Part shown: positions 9,054 to 17,676 of the stretch, piece by piece | How positions within the stretch are numbered: the stretch's first letter is position 1 | Layout: every line of letters begins with the position of its first letter | From: a virus | Reading direction: 5' to 3' (one strand) | Length of the DNA: 58,612 nt | Virus record (IMG/VR): IMGVR_UViG_3300045988_050777 | Notes under the pieces: model-generated | Databases searched by the model: none | What the model was told of the DNA's origin: nothing | What the model saw: the letters and a program-made list of their open reading frames with translations, nothing else | Position numbers and translations under genes: made by a program

Positions 9054-9139
9054 AAACATTCCACCCGGACGGAGTACCAGAGTGGATAATGCGATAAGAT
9101 TAACTAAAAAACTGATTGTCAAACTAAAAACATTGAAAG

Positions 9140-9784
9140 ATGAAAATTCAAATTGAAAAGGAGAAAGTACAAGCCGCCTATAAAGATGCTTGTGATGGTG
9201 TAAAGGAAATGCTGATTAAGATGTTCGGCAAAGAAGTCTGTGAGGCTGCAAAACCGACACTTGACGATTACAAAACGATCAAGAGTTACGAAGATGCTTG
9301 TGAAGTGCTGGGGCTAACTCCGATCCTTTCGGAAAACAGAAACAAGGCTCTTTGCGCACAGTTTCCAGATCACTACGATTTTCGGCAAAATATGCCTAAG
9401 CACATTATAGCCCTTATGAAGCTGGAAATTATTAGCTGGGCTTTGTGGGGTAAAGACTTCCAGCCAAAGCCAGATGCAGAGGGTAAGGAAATTTATTGGT
9501 ATCCGTGGTTTGCCTTATACACCAAAAAGGAAATGGAAGAAATGAGCGAAGAAAAACGTAAATCTCTGCGTGGTGCTCTGCTCGCTGGGAATGCGTATTA
9601 TGGTGCGATTGCGGGTTTCGGTTATCTGTATACGAGTGATCGCTCCTCGCACTCGTATGCGTACATTGGTTTCCGCTTGTGCCAAGAAACGCCAGAGAAA
9701 GCGGAATACTTCGGAAAACAATTCATTGAGTTGTGGGCTGAATATCTGGCTTTCGGTTTCAAAGTTACAGGACACTTAGAATAA
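9140..9784 (+). CDS. DGR target protein 2 (remote target carrying VR2)
   Basis: C-terminal GALLAGNAYYGAIAGFGYLYTSDRSSHSYAYIGFRLC is encoded by a 108-bp copy of the TR. 35 codons follow the VR. Confidence 0.8.
   Translation: MKIQIEKEKVQAAYKDACDGVKEMLIKMFGKEVCEAAKPTLDDYKTIKSYEDACEVLGLTPILSENRNKALCAQFPDHYDFRQNMPKHIIALMKLEIISWALWGKDFQPKPDAEGKEIYWYPWFALYTKKEMEEMSEEKRKSLRGALLAGNAYYGAIAGFGYLYTSDRSSHSYAYIGFRLCQETPEKAEYFGKQFIELWAEYLAFGFKVTGHLE
9571..9678 (+). repeat. DGR variable repeat VR2
   Basis: 100/108 identical to TR 53903..54010. All 8 mismatches fall at TR adenines. Followed by GTGCC, as VR1 is. Confidence 0.85.
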
Positions 9785-9811
9785 TTCATTAATCACTAAA
9801 ATGTTTGTAGG

Positions 9812-10264
9812 ATGAAAGATGTAATGTTAGCGGACACCCCGATTGAGGAACGGGCGCAAATCTTACGGGATAGTTGCGATAAGATTGTTGAGAAGTGCTA
9901 CACCCGGAAATTCGACACGAAAGAAACGAATGAAAAACGTGCTGAACTTGCCAATGTTTCCATTCAGATTGCAGATCTGGAAGAGAAACTGGCAGAAGTC
10001 CGGGCTGACTTAAAAGGGCGTATAAAGCCACTTGCTGAACGCATGGGTAAGATCCGTGGCGAATTGAAAGCTGGTGGAGAATGGGTATCTGGAGAATGTT
10101 ACCAGTTCTTAGATGCTGATGAGGGAAAAGTGGCTCTGTATGATCCTAACGGTTACAAGATTGAAGAGCGTGATATGCGCCCGGAAGAAAGGACACGCAC
10201 CATATTTCAGGGAATACGGGAAAATATGACGGTACAGATGTCTAAGACAGGTACAGATAACTAA
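9812..10264 (+). CDS. Hypothetical coiled-coil protein
   Basis: 150-aa ORF in the early operon. Confidence 0.5.
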   Translation: MKDVMLADTPIEERAQILRDSCDKIVEKCYTRKFDTKETNEKRAELANVSIQIADLEEKLAEVRADLKGRIKPLAERMGKIRGELKAGGEWVSGECYQFLDADEGKVALYDPNGYKIEERDMRPEERTRTIFQGIRENMTVQMSKTGTDN

Positions 10265-10289
10265 TGTTTAACTATTCAAAATTACCAAG

Positions 10290-11054
10290 ATGGAAAGAAA
10301 CGAAAAAGAGAACGGTTTGACCGTGAACATTGAGAACTACACAGGCGAAAAGCCTATTGAGATTGTGTACCGTGAGGGAGCTGCACCGAAATCGCCCAAT
10401 CCGCTTGAAACCAAAGAGCCGGAGAAGATAGGTGTTAGTGGCGTTATCTCCACTCCGTTTGACTGGCTGGAGAAGCGTATAGGCACGATCGACCAGAAAC
10501 GGGCGAATGTGAAAGTGGATCGTGAGAAAATGACGATCACCCTTACCGTGAATGAGGATGATTACTACACGAAAAACACTTTCGTTGGAAAGGTTGAGTT
10601 TTCAGAAGCCTTTGAAAAGTTCGGTATCAATGATGCCAGTTCCGGCTGGATTCCGGCAAAGCTGGGTCAGTTCCTGCGAATTAACCGTGTGCTGTTTGCC
10701 GACAAAGAAGAGTGCATGAAACTTGTTTCTCAACTCAAAAACTTTTCGGCTAAGGCAAAGGCTGAAATCCAGAAACAGCATGATCCGTCCGGCTCTATGG
10801 CTGATGTGTACCGTCAAGAGGTGGAAAGCAACTTGCCGAAGAGTTTCACTATCAATGTGGCTATCTTCAAGGGGACTGCAAAGACACCCATTGAGATAGA
10901 GTTTGACCACTATCTGAAAGACGGTGAAGTGCTGTTACAACTTGTTTCTCCGGGCGCAAATGAACTGACGGAAACCTACCGTGACAGTTGCATTGACGAT
11001 GTTCTTACCAAGATCAAAGCCATTGCGCCAGACATTGCAATCATGGAAATCTAA
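10290..11054 (+). CDS. Hypothetical protein
   Basis: 254-aa ORF in the early operon. Confidence 0.5.
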   Translation: MERNEKENGLTVNIENYTGEKPIEIVYREGAAPKSPNPLETKEPEKIGVSGVISTPFDWLEKRIGTIDQKRANVKVDREKMTITLTVNEDDYYTKNTFVGKVEFSEAFEKFGINDASSGWIPAKLGQFLRINRVLFADKEECMKLVSQLKNFSAKAKAEIQKQHDPSGSMADVYRQEVESNLPKSFTINVAIFKGTAKTPIEIEFDHYLKDGEVLLQLVSPGANELTETYRDSCIDDVLTKIKAIAPDIAIMEI

Positions 11055-11105
11055 ATGTGTTTCGGGTGGGGGGCTTTGTTCCCCACCCTTATAAGAAGTT
11101 CCACA

Positions 11106-11912
11106 ATGGCAAGAAAGAAGAAAAATCCAATGCCTTTCGATACTGAATACTGGTTGAGCGATCCAGTATTGAAAGCACTGCCACTTGATGTTAAGGGGCT
11201 GTGGATTGATATGCTTTGCTATATGTGGGAAAGTGCGGATCGTGGCGTAATGGTTAAGCCTACAGGCGAAATATATACGCATGAGGAAATACTAAGGCTA
11301 TTAGGAAAAGAAAGCTCCGTAGGTGAAAACTGGCTTGATATGCTGATAGAAAACGGTTTGTGCGGAGTTCGTGATGATGGTGCTGTATTCAGTAGGCGTA
11401 TGGTTCGTGATGAGGCTATAAGGGAAAAGAGGCGTGAGGCTGGCAAGAAAGGCGGTGATGTTACAAAGGCTAAGGTTTTTGATGCAACGCCAGTACAACA
11501 GCCGCCTATGCAGAAGCCAGAAGAAAAGCCGGAAGAGCAAACCAAGCAGGGAACTGTAGGGGAACAACAGCCGGACTTATTCCCGGAAGAAAGCCCACCG
11601 CCATTAACCCCAGAACAGCAGGCAAAAGCGGAGAAAGCCAAGAAGTATAAATATGCCGAATTTGTCACCCTTACAAGGGATGAGTACGCAAAATTATGCG
11701 CCCAATACTCCGAAGAGGGGGCAAAGAGGATGATAGAAATACTTGATAACTACAAAGGTTCTAAAGGGAAGAAATACAGATCTGACTATAGGACTATATT
11801 AAATTGGGTAGTAGATAGATATAACGAAGAAATACAGAGAAATGGAAAAGCAATTAGCGGAAAGACTTCAAGCGATACTGGCAAGACAGGCAGCTACAGG
11901 GACACGCTTTAA
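11106..11912 (+). CDS. Putative replication initiation / replisome organizer protein (DUF1376/DnaD-like)
   Basis: ATG at 11106 (MARKKKNPMPFDTEYWLSDP...). Precedes the DnaC-like loader. C-terminal part is DnaD-like. Confidence 0.45.
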   Translation: MARKKKNPMPFDTEYWLSDPVLKALPLDVKGLWIDMLCYMWESADRGVMVKPTGEIYTHEEILRLLGKESSVGENWLDMLIENGLCGVRDDGAVFSRRMVRDEAIREKRREAGKKGGDVTKAKVFDATPVQQPPMQKPEEKPEEQTKQGTVGEQQPDLFPEESPPPLTPEQQAKAEKAKKYKYAEFVTLTRDEYAKLCAQYSEEGAKRMIEILDNYKGSKGKKYRSDYRTILNWVVDRYNEEIQRNGKAISGKTSSDTGKTGSYRDTL

Positions 11913-12495
11913 GGTCGATATGTTTCCGCAAGAAACGATAGAAGAAATGCTGCGTATGTGCTACCAGTCGGAAGTGGAACGTAGAAGAGTAAAGTACATT
12001 GCCGATGATAGCACGCTGGAGAAAATCAAAAAGGCTGCAAAATGGCTTTGTGGTGATTACAAAGTAGGGCTGTTGCTCTATGGAAGTGTTGGTTCTGGTA
12101 AAACAACATTGGCAAAGGCAATATGCAACTTGATAGGTATTCTTTATGGTGGAAGTTCAATATCCGCTGAAAGAAGAGGTGTGTACCGTGTTTCGGCTCT
12201 GAATCTGGCTAAATCCGTAGTGGACGATCCGGCTTATTTCGCAAGGCTGAAAAACCAAGAGTTGCTGTTTATTGACGATGTGGGTACAGAGCCGGAAAGC
12301 GTGAAGAGTTGGGGTAACGAATTTTCACCAGTAACGGAACTGATCTATGCGAGATATGATAGGCAGTTGTTCACTATCGCAACTTCCAATCTGAATGATG
12401 AAGAGTTTGGCGAGCGTTACGGTGTTCGTATTGCTGATAGGATGGAAGAAATGTTTGAAAGACTGCATTACAAACAGAACAGCTACAGAAGATAA
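11842..12495 (+). CDS. DnaC/IstB-like AAA helicase loader
   Basis: Walker A GSVGSGKTT and Walker B LLFIDDVGTE. The true start may be the ATG at 11920. Confidence 0.7.
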   Translation: MEKQLAERLQAILARQAATGTRFKVDMFPQETIEEMLRMCYQSEVERRRVKYIADDSTLEKIKKAAKWLCGDYKVGLLLYGSVGSGKTTLAKAICNLIGILYGGSSISAERRGVYRVSALNLAKSVVDDPAYFARLKNQELLFIDDVGTEPESVKSWGNEFSPVTELIYARYDRQLFTIATSNLNDEEFGERYGVRIADRMEEMFERLHYKQNSYRR

Positions 12496-12499
12496 GGCT

Positions 12500-13042
12500 A
12501 TGATTGAGTGGAATATATTAAGGGATAAAGCCCATGCCAATTCCGTAAGACACGGATTTTGGGAGAATAACCCAAGCGATCAACATTTCCTTTGTCTGGT
12601 TATCAGTGAACTTATGGAAGCTGTAGAAGCAGATAGAAAGGGCGATTACGCAGGCAAGGATATGAAGAAACTTTTTGAAGATGATTTAGCGTCTGGAGAA
12701 GATTTCAAAGGACTGTTTGAATCGCATTTGAAAGATACAGTAGAGGATGAGTTGGCAGATGCCGCAATTCGTTTGCTGGATCTTGCCGGAGCGCACAATC
12801 TGAACTTGAATAGATTATGCCTAAAGCACGTTGTTACTCCACGAAAGACTTTCACGGAAAACATCTTTGCCATAGTTAAAGATTTGGTGAATTACAAGTA
12901 TTCGCAGGAAGAGCAAGTAAACTATGCTTTGCACCAGATACGGAGATTGTCAGAAATTATGGGATTTAATCTTGAATGGCACATAGAACAAAAGATGCGG
13001 TACAATGAAAGTAGAGAGGTCAAACACGGAAAAAAGTATTGA
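12500..13042 (+). CDS. MazG-like nucleoside triphosphate pyrophosphohydrolase
   Basis: ATG at 12500. Motifs SELMEAVEA and ELADAAIRLLDLAG are typical of MazG. Confidence 0.6.
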   Translation: MIEWNILRDKAHANSVRHGFWENNPSDQHFLCLVISELMEAVEADRKGDYAGKDMKKLFEDDLASGEDFKGLFESHLKDTVEDELADAAIRLLDLAGAHNLNLNRLCLKHVVTPRKTFTENIFAIVKDLVNYKYSQEEQVNYALHQIRRLSEIMGFNLEWHIEQKMRYNESREVKHGKKY

Positions 13043-13530
13043 ACATGAATACAAGTTTTGAAAGATGCGCCAACACCACGGATGAGTGGTACACTCCGAA
13101 ATGGATCATTGATTCACTCGGTGAATTTGACCTTGATCCGTGTTCCCCTGAAAACCGATTGTGGGACACTGCCAAAAGGCATATAACGCCACAAGAGGAC
13201 GGTTTGAAAACCTCGTGGGGGGGGGTAAGAGTATGGCTAAATCCCCCTTATTCACGCCCTCTAATAGAGCGGTTTGTGGAAAAGATGGTAGCAAACAACA
13301 ATGGCATAGCATTGCTTTTCAACAGGTGCGACAGCAAGATGTTCCAAGATCTGATCTTCCCCAACGCAAGTGCCATACTGTTTGTTAGAGGCAGGATCAA
13401 GTTCTACAGACCAGACGGGACACAGGGCGATAGTCCGGGATGTGGAAGCGTTCTTATAGCATTTGGAGAAAGCAATGCCGAAGCTCTGGAGAAGTCAAAT
13501 ATACCGGGTAAATACATAAAACTGAAATGA
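13039..13530 (+). CDS. Phage DNA N6-adenine methyltransferase (Dam-like)
   Basis: EWYTPKWII...DLDPCS and NPPYS motifs. Confidence 0.85.
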   Translation: MNMNTSFERCANTTDEWYTPKWIIDSLGEFDLDPCSPENRLWDTAKRHITPQEDGLKTSWGGVRVWLNPPYSRPLIERFVEKMVANNNGIALLFNRCDSKMFQDLIFPNASAILFVRGRIKFYRPDGTQGDSPGCGSVLIAFGESNAEALEKSNIPGKYIKLK

Positions 13531-13691
13531 TGGACGAATTTGTAAAGACAGTACAGGAAATGAGAAAATACCAAAAGGAGTATTTCAAAACAAGGGATAA
13601 AGCTACCCTTGCTAAGTCAAAGGAATTGGAGCGGAAAGTGGATAATATGCTATCCAACTTAGCACCCAATATGCCTAATTTGTTTCAATAA
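13530..13691 (+). CDS. Small hypothetical protein (53 aa, below the ORF-track cutoff)
   Basis: MDEFVKTVQEMRKYQKEYFKTRD... fills the gap between dam and the next gene. Confidence 0.3.
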   Translation: MDEFVKTVQEMRKYQKEYFKTRDKATLAKSKELERKVDNMLSNLAPNMPNLFQ

Positions 13692-13693
13692 GT

Positions 13694-13708
13694 GTGTTCA
13701 ATAAACAT
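13694..13708 (+). promoter_or_regulatory. GTGTT-N5-AACAT palindromic element upstream of 13717
   Basis: GTGTTCAATAAACAT. Member of a 7-copy family. Confidence 0.4.
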
Positions 13709-13716
13709 ATTTAGCA

Positions 13717-14166
13717 ATGGAAAAGAAGAAAGTTATAGTTACCCTCTGCAAAAAGTTCCCGGCTACACACCCGAAAGCCGGAGTGCCTACAGGATTTGAA
13801 AGCAAGTTGAAAAATGGCACGAAGATCCACACTATACGGCACAATGCAAAAGGTGTATGGGATGAGCGTTACAAGGGCATTTCCTCTGGCAGAAAGTACC
13901 TATCTGTTAGGGAATGGACTGGCAGACCGTATAACTCCGAACAAAGGGAGTTTGCAAGGTATGAGGAAATAGGACTGCAACGCATAACAATGACTTATGA
14001 CAGCAGCGATGCCGTGCCTCAAATCTGGATTGATGATAAGAGAGTGCCTATTGAAGTGGTAGCCAAGAATGACGGTTTGAGCGTTGAGGACTTCATTTCA
14101 TGGTTCTTCACTAAGGATAATGTGTTTGAGGGTGTAGTTATTCATTTTACGGATTTTAGATACTAA
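13717..14166 (+). CDS. Hypothetical protein (possibly ASCH/PUA-like)
   Basis: 149-aa ORF. Weak ASCH-like KIHTIR motif. Confidence 0.4.
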   Translation: MEKKKVIVTLCKKFPATHPKAGVPTGFESKLKNGTKIHTIRHNAKGVWDERYKGISSGRKYLSVREWTGRPYNSEQREFARYEEIGLQRITMTYDSSDAVPQIWIDDKRVPIEVVAKNDGLSVEDFISWFFTKDNVFEGVVIHFTDFRY

Positions 14167-14170
14167 CAAT

Positions 14171-14437
14171 ATGAAGAAGATTTATAAATACAGGATTGAA
14201 GTAACGGATGATCAGAATATCGAAATGCCAGTTGGCGCAAAAATTCTGACGGTTCAAACTCAAAATGGTGTTCCTTGCATTTGGGCAATGGTTGATCCTA
14301 ATGCTGAAAAAGAAAGAGTACATATCAGAGTACATGGTACAGGGCATACAATTCAAGACAGCGACAGGCTGGAATACATAGGTACTTTTCAAATGTACGG
14401 TGGTTCGCTTGTGTTTCATACTTTCAAGGTGTGCTGA
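14171..14437 (+). CDS. Hypothetical protein
   Basis: 88-aa ORF in the operon. Confidence 0.45.
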   Translation: MKKIYKYRIEVTDDQNIEMPVGAKILTVQTQNGVPCIWAMVDPNAEKERVHIRVHGTGHTIQDSDRLEYIGTFQMYGGSLVFHTFKVC

Positions 14438-14438
14438 T

Positions 14439-14582
14439 ATGGATAAGGAGCGGAAGATTGAGCGGATTAAGGAGCGTGGTTTTAAGGTTGTCACATTGGG
14501 CAAACATATCCGTGCTTCAAAGGGGAATGAGGTTTATTCCGGCTCTGTAAGTTATGTTTTTAGAATGATATTCGGTTATTGA
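14439..14582 (+). CDS. Small hypothetical protein
   Basis: The ATG at 14439 follows the preceding stop by 1 nt. 47 aa. Confidence 0.3.
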   Translation: MDKERKIERIKERGFKVVTLGKHIRASKGNEVYSGSVSYVFRMIFGY

Positions 14583-14583
14583 T

Positions 14584-14763
14584 ATGGATAAGACTTGTGA
14601 AAATTGCTCCTATATGAAGCTATTGGAGATTAGAAAAGGCTATAAGGCTTATTGTTGTACGGCTCATTCCTATGTTAAGGGAGGAACACGCTATGAAGAT
14701 CCGAAAGGTGTAATGCCACACTTCAAATGTAACTGTGGGAAATTCCGTAGCAGATATGAATAG
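14584..14763 (+). CDS. Small Cys-rich (zinc-ribbon-like) protein
   Basis: 59 aa with CxxC...CC...CxC. Starts 1 nt after the previous stop. Confidence 0.35.
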   Translation: MDKTCENCSYMKLLEIRKGYKAYCCTAHSYVKGGTRYEDPKGVMPHFKCNCGKFRSRYE

Positions 14764-14932
14764 AAATGAAGAGTTGAAAGAAAGTCTGGGCGAAGAGCTA
14801 TGCGCATATTGCCCGTGGCGTAGAGGTGAAATAGACCATACCCCGGAAATAACGTGTGATGGTATGTTTTGCGATGATGCGCTGGAAGAGTTTCTGGAAG
14901 ATAACAAAGAATACTTTGATAGCGATGAGTGA
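14756..14932 (+). CDS. Small acidic Cys-containing protein
   Basis: 58 aa, MNRNEELKE...CAYCPW...CDGMFCDD. 8-nt overlap with the upstream ORF. Confidence 0.35.
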   Translation: MNRNEELKESLGEELCAYCPWRRGEIDHTPEITCDGMFCDDALEEFLEDNKEYFDSDE

Positions 14933-15065
14933 CGATAGGCATTGTAGCGAATGTAAGCACTTCTGGAGTAATCCGAAAGTAGGTCAGATGTATTGCTGCA
15001 AGCTGGCTAAGAGAATAACAGCAAGAAAGAAACCATGTAAGTTTTACCAACAAAACAATAAGTAG
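14925..15065 (+). CDS. Small Cys-rich (zinc-ribbon-like) protein
   Basis: 46 aa, MSDDRHCSECKHFW...CCKL...PC. 8-nt overlap with the upstream ORF. Confidence 0.35.
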   Translation: MSDDRHCSECKHFWSNPKVGQMYCCKLAKRITARKKPCKFYQQNNK

Positions 15066-15066
15066 A

Positions 15067-15873
15067 ATGAAAAATAATGCAACAAAGAAAACGGATGTGT
15101 TCCTGATTGATCCACGAAACATAGTAGTGGAAGATGGCTTCAATGTCCGTAGAGATTTTGATCTGGATGAATTGAAAGAGCAAATCAAGGCGAAAGGGGT
15201 GCTGAATCCCTTAACCGTGATCGCTTTCAAGGATGAAAACGGTGATGAGAAATACAGGCTGGTAGATGGTGAACGCAGATTCCGTGCCACTATGATAGCC
15301 ATTTCAGAGGGTGCGGATATTCCCTTTGTGAAAGCGTTGAAGCGACCGCCAACAATGAGCCGTGAGGATCTGTACATAGAGCAGATGATGAGGAATGAGG
15401 GAAAGCGTTTTACTGAATATGAATGCGCTTTGATGTTCCAGCGGTTCAAAGAAGAGTTCGGATATACACAGGTGGAGATAGCGGACAAATTCAAGAAGTC
15501 CCCGGCATATATCAGCAAGTGCCTTTCTCTTCTGGATCTTCCAAAGGAGTTGCAAGAGCGGATTATGAGAAATGAGCTATCCATAACAGCGGCAAGGGAG
15601 ATTGCTTCAAGCTATGAAACGGAATCGGATCAAGTGAAAGCGGCTCAAAATGCTGTTAAGGCGGCAAAGGAACAAGGAAGAGAGACTGCAACCAACAGAG
15701 AGGTAACAGCCCACCTGAAAGAATCAAATGAGGCTAAGGCGGTAGCCAATGCCTTGCGTAGTATCTGGGCATATCTGGACGGTGAAAAGATGGTAGATGT
15801 GGATCGGCTGATTACGCTTCTGGATAAGGAACAAAGCCTATACCAAGCAATGAAACAATATAAAAAGATGTAA
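15067..15873 (+). CDS. ParB/Spo0J-like DNA-binding protein
   Basis: ParB N-terminal box LVDGERRFRA, and HTH YTQVEIADKFKKSPAYISKCLSLLDLP. Confidence 0.75.
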   Translation: MKNNATKKTDVFLIDPRNIVVEDGFNVRRDFDLDELKEQIKAKGVLNPLTVIAFKDENGDEKYRLVDGERRFRATMIAISEGADIPFVKALKRPPTMSREDLYIEQMMRNEGKRFTEYECALMFQRFKEEFGYTQVEIADKFKKSPAYISKCLSLLDLPKELQERIMRNELSITAAREIASSYETESDQVKAAQNAVKAAKEQGRETATNREVTAHLKESNEAKAVANALRSIWAYLDGEKMVDVDRLITLLDKEQSLYQAMKQYKKM

Positions 15874-15875
15874 GT

Positions 15876-16448
15876 ATGAAAGTATTATTTTTTGATTTGG
15901 AAACTACTGGCACTCTGGTAAATCGGCACGGCATTCACCAGATAAGCGGTATGGTAGTAATTGACGGTGAAGTCCGTGAAAGTTTCAATTTCCATGTACA
16001 ACCCAATCCGAAAGCCGATATTACACAAGAGGCTCTGGATGTGGCAGGAGTTACAAAGGAGCAAATAATGGCTTACCCACCTATGGGCGAAGTGTACAGG
16101 CAGTTTGTGGATATGCTGGCTAAGTATGTGGATAAGTACAACAGGCAGGATAAGTTCTTTCTTGCCGGGTACAACAATGCCTCATTTGATAACCAGTTTC
16201 TCCGTGCATGGTTCGTGCAGAATGAAGATAAGTATTTCGGATCGTGGTTCTGGAGCAATTCTATAGATGTGATGGTGCTTGCCACTCCGTATCTTGCCGC
16301 CAGACGTGCGGAAATGGAGAATTTCAAGCAGGGGACGGTTGCAAAGTTTCTGGGCATTGATGTAGATTCCAACCGCTTGCATGATGCGCTCTATGATATA
16401 GAGATATGCAAGGCGATATTCGATATTGTTTCACCTTACAAAGTCTGA
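15876..16448 (+). CDS. DEDDh 3'-5' exonuclease (DnaQ-like)
   Basis: Exo I FFDLETTG, Exo II YNNASFDNQFL, Exo III HDALYDIE. Confidence 0.8.
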   Translation: MKVLFFDLETTGTLVNRHGIHQISGMVVIDGEVRESFNFHVQPNPKADITQEALDVAGVTKEQIMAYPPMGEVYRQFVDMLAKYVDKYNRQDKFFLAGYNNASFDNQFLRAWFVQNEDKYFGSWFWSNSIDVMVLATPYLAARRAEMENFKQGTVAKFLGIDVDSNRLHDALYDIEICKAIFDIVSPYKV

Positions 16449-16450
16449 TT

Positions 16451-16777
16451 ATGGCAAAGAAGAAAGAAAAAACATTTGATCCGATGCCGGATGATCTTCT
16501 GGCACTACAGGATGAGTATATTTCCGTTGATGCTGAAATAACCCGGCTGGAAGAGCGTAAGAAGCAGTTACAGGATCGTATGCTGGAGCTTATGCAAACA
16601 CACGACCTGAAGAAAGCGGAGAATGAGAGAATACGAATATCCTACATTGCACCGTCCAAGCGTAAGAATTTCGACAAAACCAGATTCCAAGAGGAACACA
16701 AGGATATGTATGCTCAATATCTGGTTGATGTGGAAACGAAAGCATCTATAAGAGTATCAATTAAAACCCAAGAATGA
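16451..16777 (+). CDS. Hypothetical coiled-coil protein
   Basis: ATG at 16451 (MAKKKEKTFD...), just after the exonuclease stop. Confidence 0.45.
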   Translation: MAKKKEKTFDPMPDDLLALQDEYISVDAEITRLEERKKQLQDRMLELMQTHDLKKAENERIRISYIAPSKRKNFDKTRFQEEHKDMYAQYLVDVETKASIRVSIKTQE

Positions 16778-16778
16778 T

Positions 16779-17171
16779 ATGAAAACTGACGAAACCAAGA
16801 AAGCAAGAGTTATCTACCCGGAATACTGGGCGAAACGGAAGAAAAGGCTTAATGCCGGATTCATTAAGATGCTGGAAGAAACGGCACAAAAAGAAGCGGA
16901 GTGTTCCGATGAGTACGGAGAATACAAGACGGGTACATTCCTCTACAAGTCCGCTATAGTAAGCGTGAGAAAGGAAAACGACCTCTGGACTTTGCACATG
17001 ATGAGCGAAGTTCCTATAGGCTTGCCGCTTATCAAGGAAATACGCTACAAGTTTTTGCCGGACAACCTTTTGATGGCGCAACTGTATGCACCAAGAAAGG
17101 ATGCAAGTGAAATGAAAGGCGTGATATTGTATGAGATTCCCAACAATCAAGAAAACGAAGTAGCGGAATGA
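16779..17171 (+). CDS. Hypothetical protein
   Basis: 130-aa ORF in the operon. Confidence 0.45.
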   Translation: MKTDETKKARVIYPEYWAKRKKRLNAGFIKMLEETAQKEAECSDEYGEYKTGTFLYKSAIVSVRKENDLWTLHMMSEVPIGLPLIKEIRYKFLPDNLLMAQLYAPRKDASEMKGVILYEIPNNQENEVAE

Positions 17172-17605
17172 TTTGTATTGGGATAGATACAGGCGTACAT
17201 ACGGGATTCGCTGTTTGGGACAGCAAGCAGCGATCCCTACTTATGGTGACTTCTTTGCCCATTCATAAGGCAATGGAAAATGTCCGATCCTTGCGTGATG
17301 AATATGTGGCTGTAGGCGATAAGGTGTTTGTGAGGGTGGAAGATCCGAGGCAAAGAAACTGGTTCGGCACTGAAAGGATGTCAAGGGAAGAGGAAAGGAA
17401 ACGGCTGCAAGGTGTTGGATCGGTGAAGCGTGATGCCTCTATCTGGGAAGATTACCTGAAAGATCTGGGAGTTGAGTTTGAAATGGTTGCCCCTAAAAGG
17501 AATGTAACCAAGCTCAAACAGGAAACTTTCAAGCGATATACCGGGTGGGGAAAGCAGACAAATGAGCATGGCAGGGATGCGGCTATGCTTGTTTTCGGTT
17601 ATTAG
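17168..17605 (+). CDS. RuvC-like Holliday junction resolvase
   Basis: MICIGIDTGVHTGFAVWD..., VRVEDP and HGRDAAML acidic motifs. Confidence 0.55.
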   Translation: MICIGIDTGVHTGFAVWDSKQRSLLMVTSLPIHKAMENVRSLRDEYVAVGDKVFVRVEDPRQRNWFGTERMSREEERKRLQGVGSVKRDASIWEDYLKDLGVEFEMVAPKRNVTKLKQETFKRYTGWGKQTNEHGRDAAMLVFGY

Positions 17606-17626
17606 GCTATTTTTATGCTTAAAAGT

Positions 17627-17658
17627 GTGTTTAGTAAACACATAAATTCATATCTTTG
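17627..17658 (+). promoter_or_regulatory. GTGTT-N5-AACAC palindrome followed 9 nt later by -7 box TATCTTTG
   Basis: GTGTTTAGTAAACAC at 17627..17641 and TATCTTTG at 17651..17658. Same layout as 52097..52128. Confidence 0.5.
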
Positions 17659-17676
17659 TATCATTAACCAAGTAAA

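Noticed and set aside
8953-9156. 67-aa ORF bridging the NinB-like gene and DGR target 2
   Set aside because: It overlaps the 3' end of 8577..9053 by 100 nt and the start of 9140..9784. There is no supporting motif, and the intergenic gap is explained without it.
14691-15584. 297-aa minus-strand ORF, the longest ORF in that region
   Set aside because: It is antisense to the ParB-like gene (clear GERR box and HTH) and to the coupled small ORFs. It is Ser/Leu/Phe-rich and low-complexity, as antisense frames typically are.
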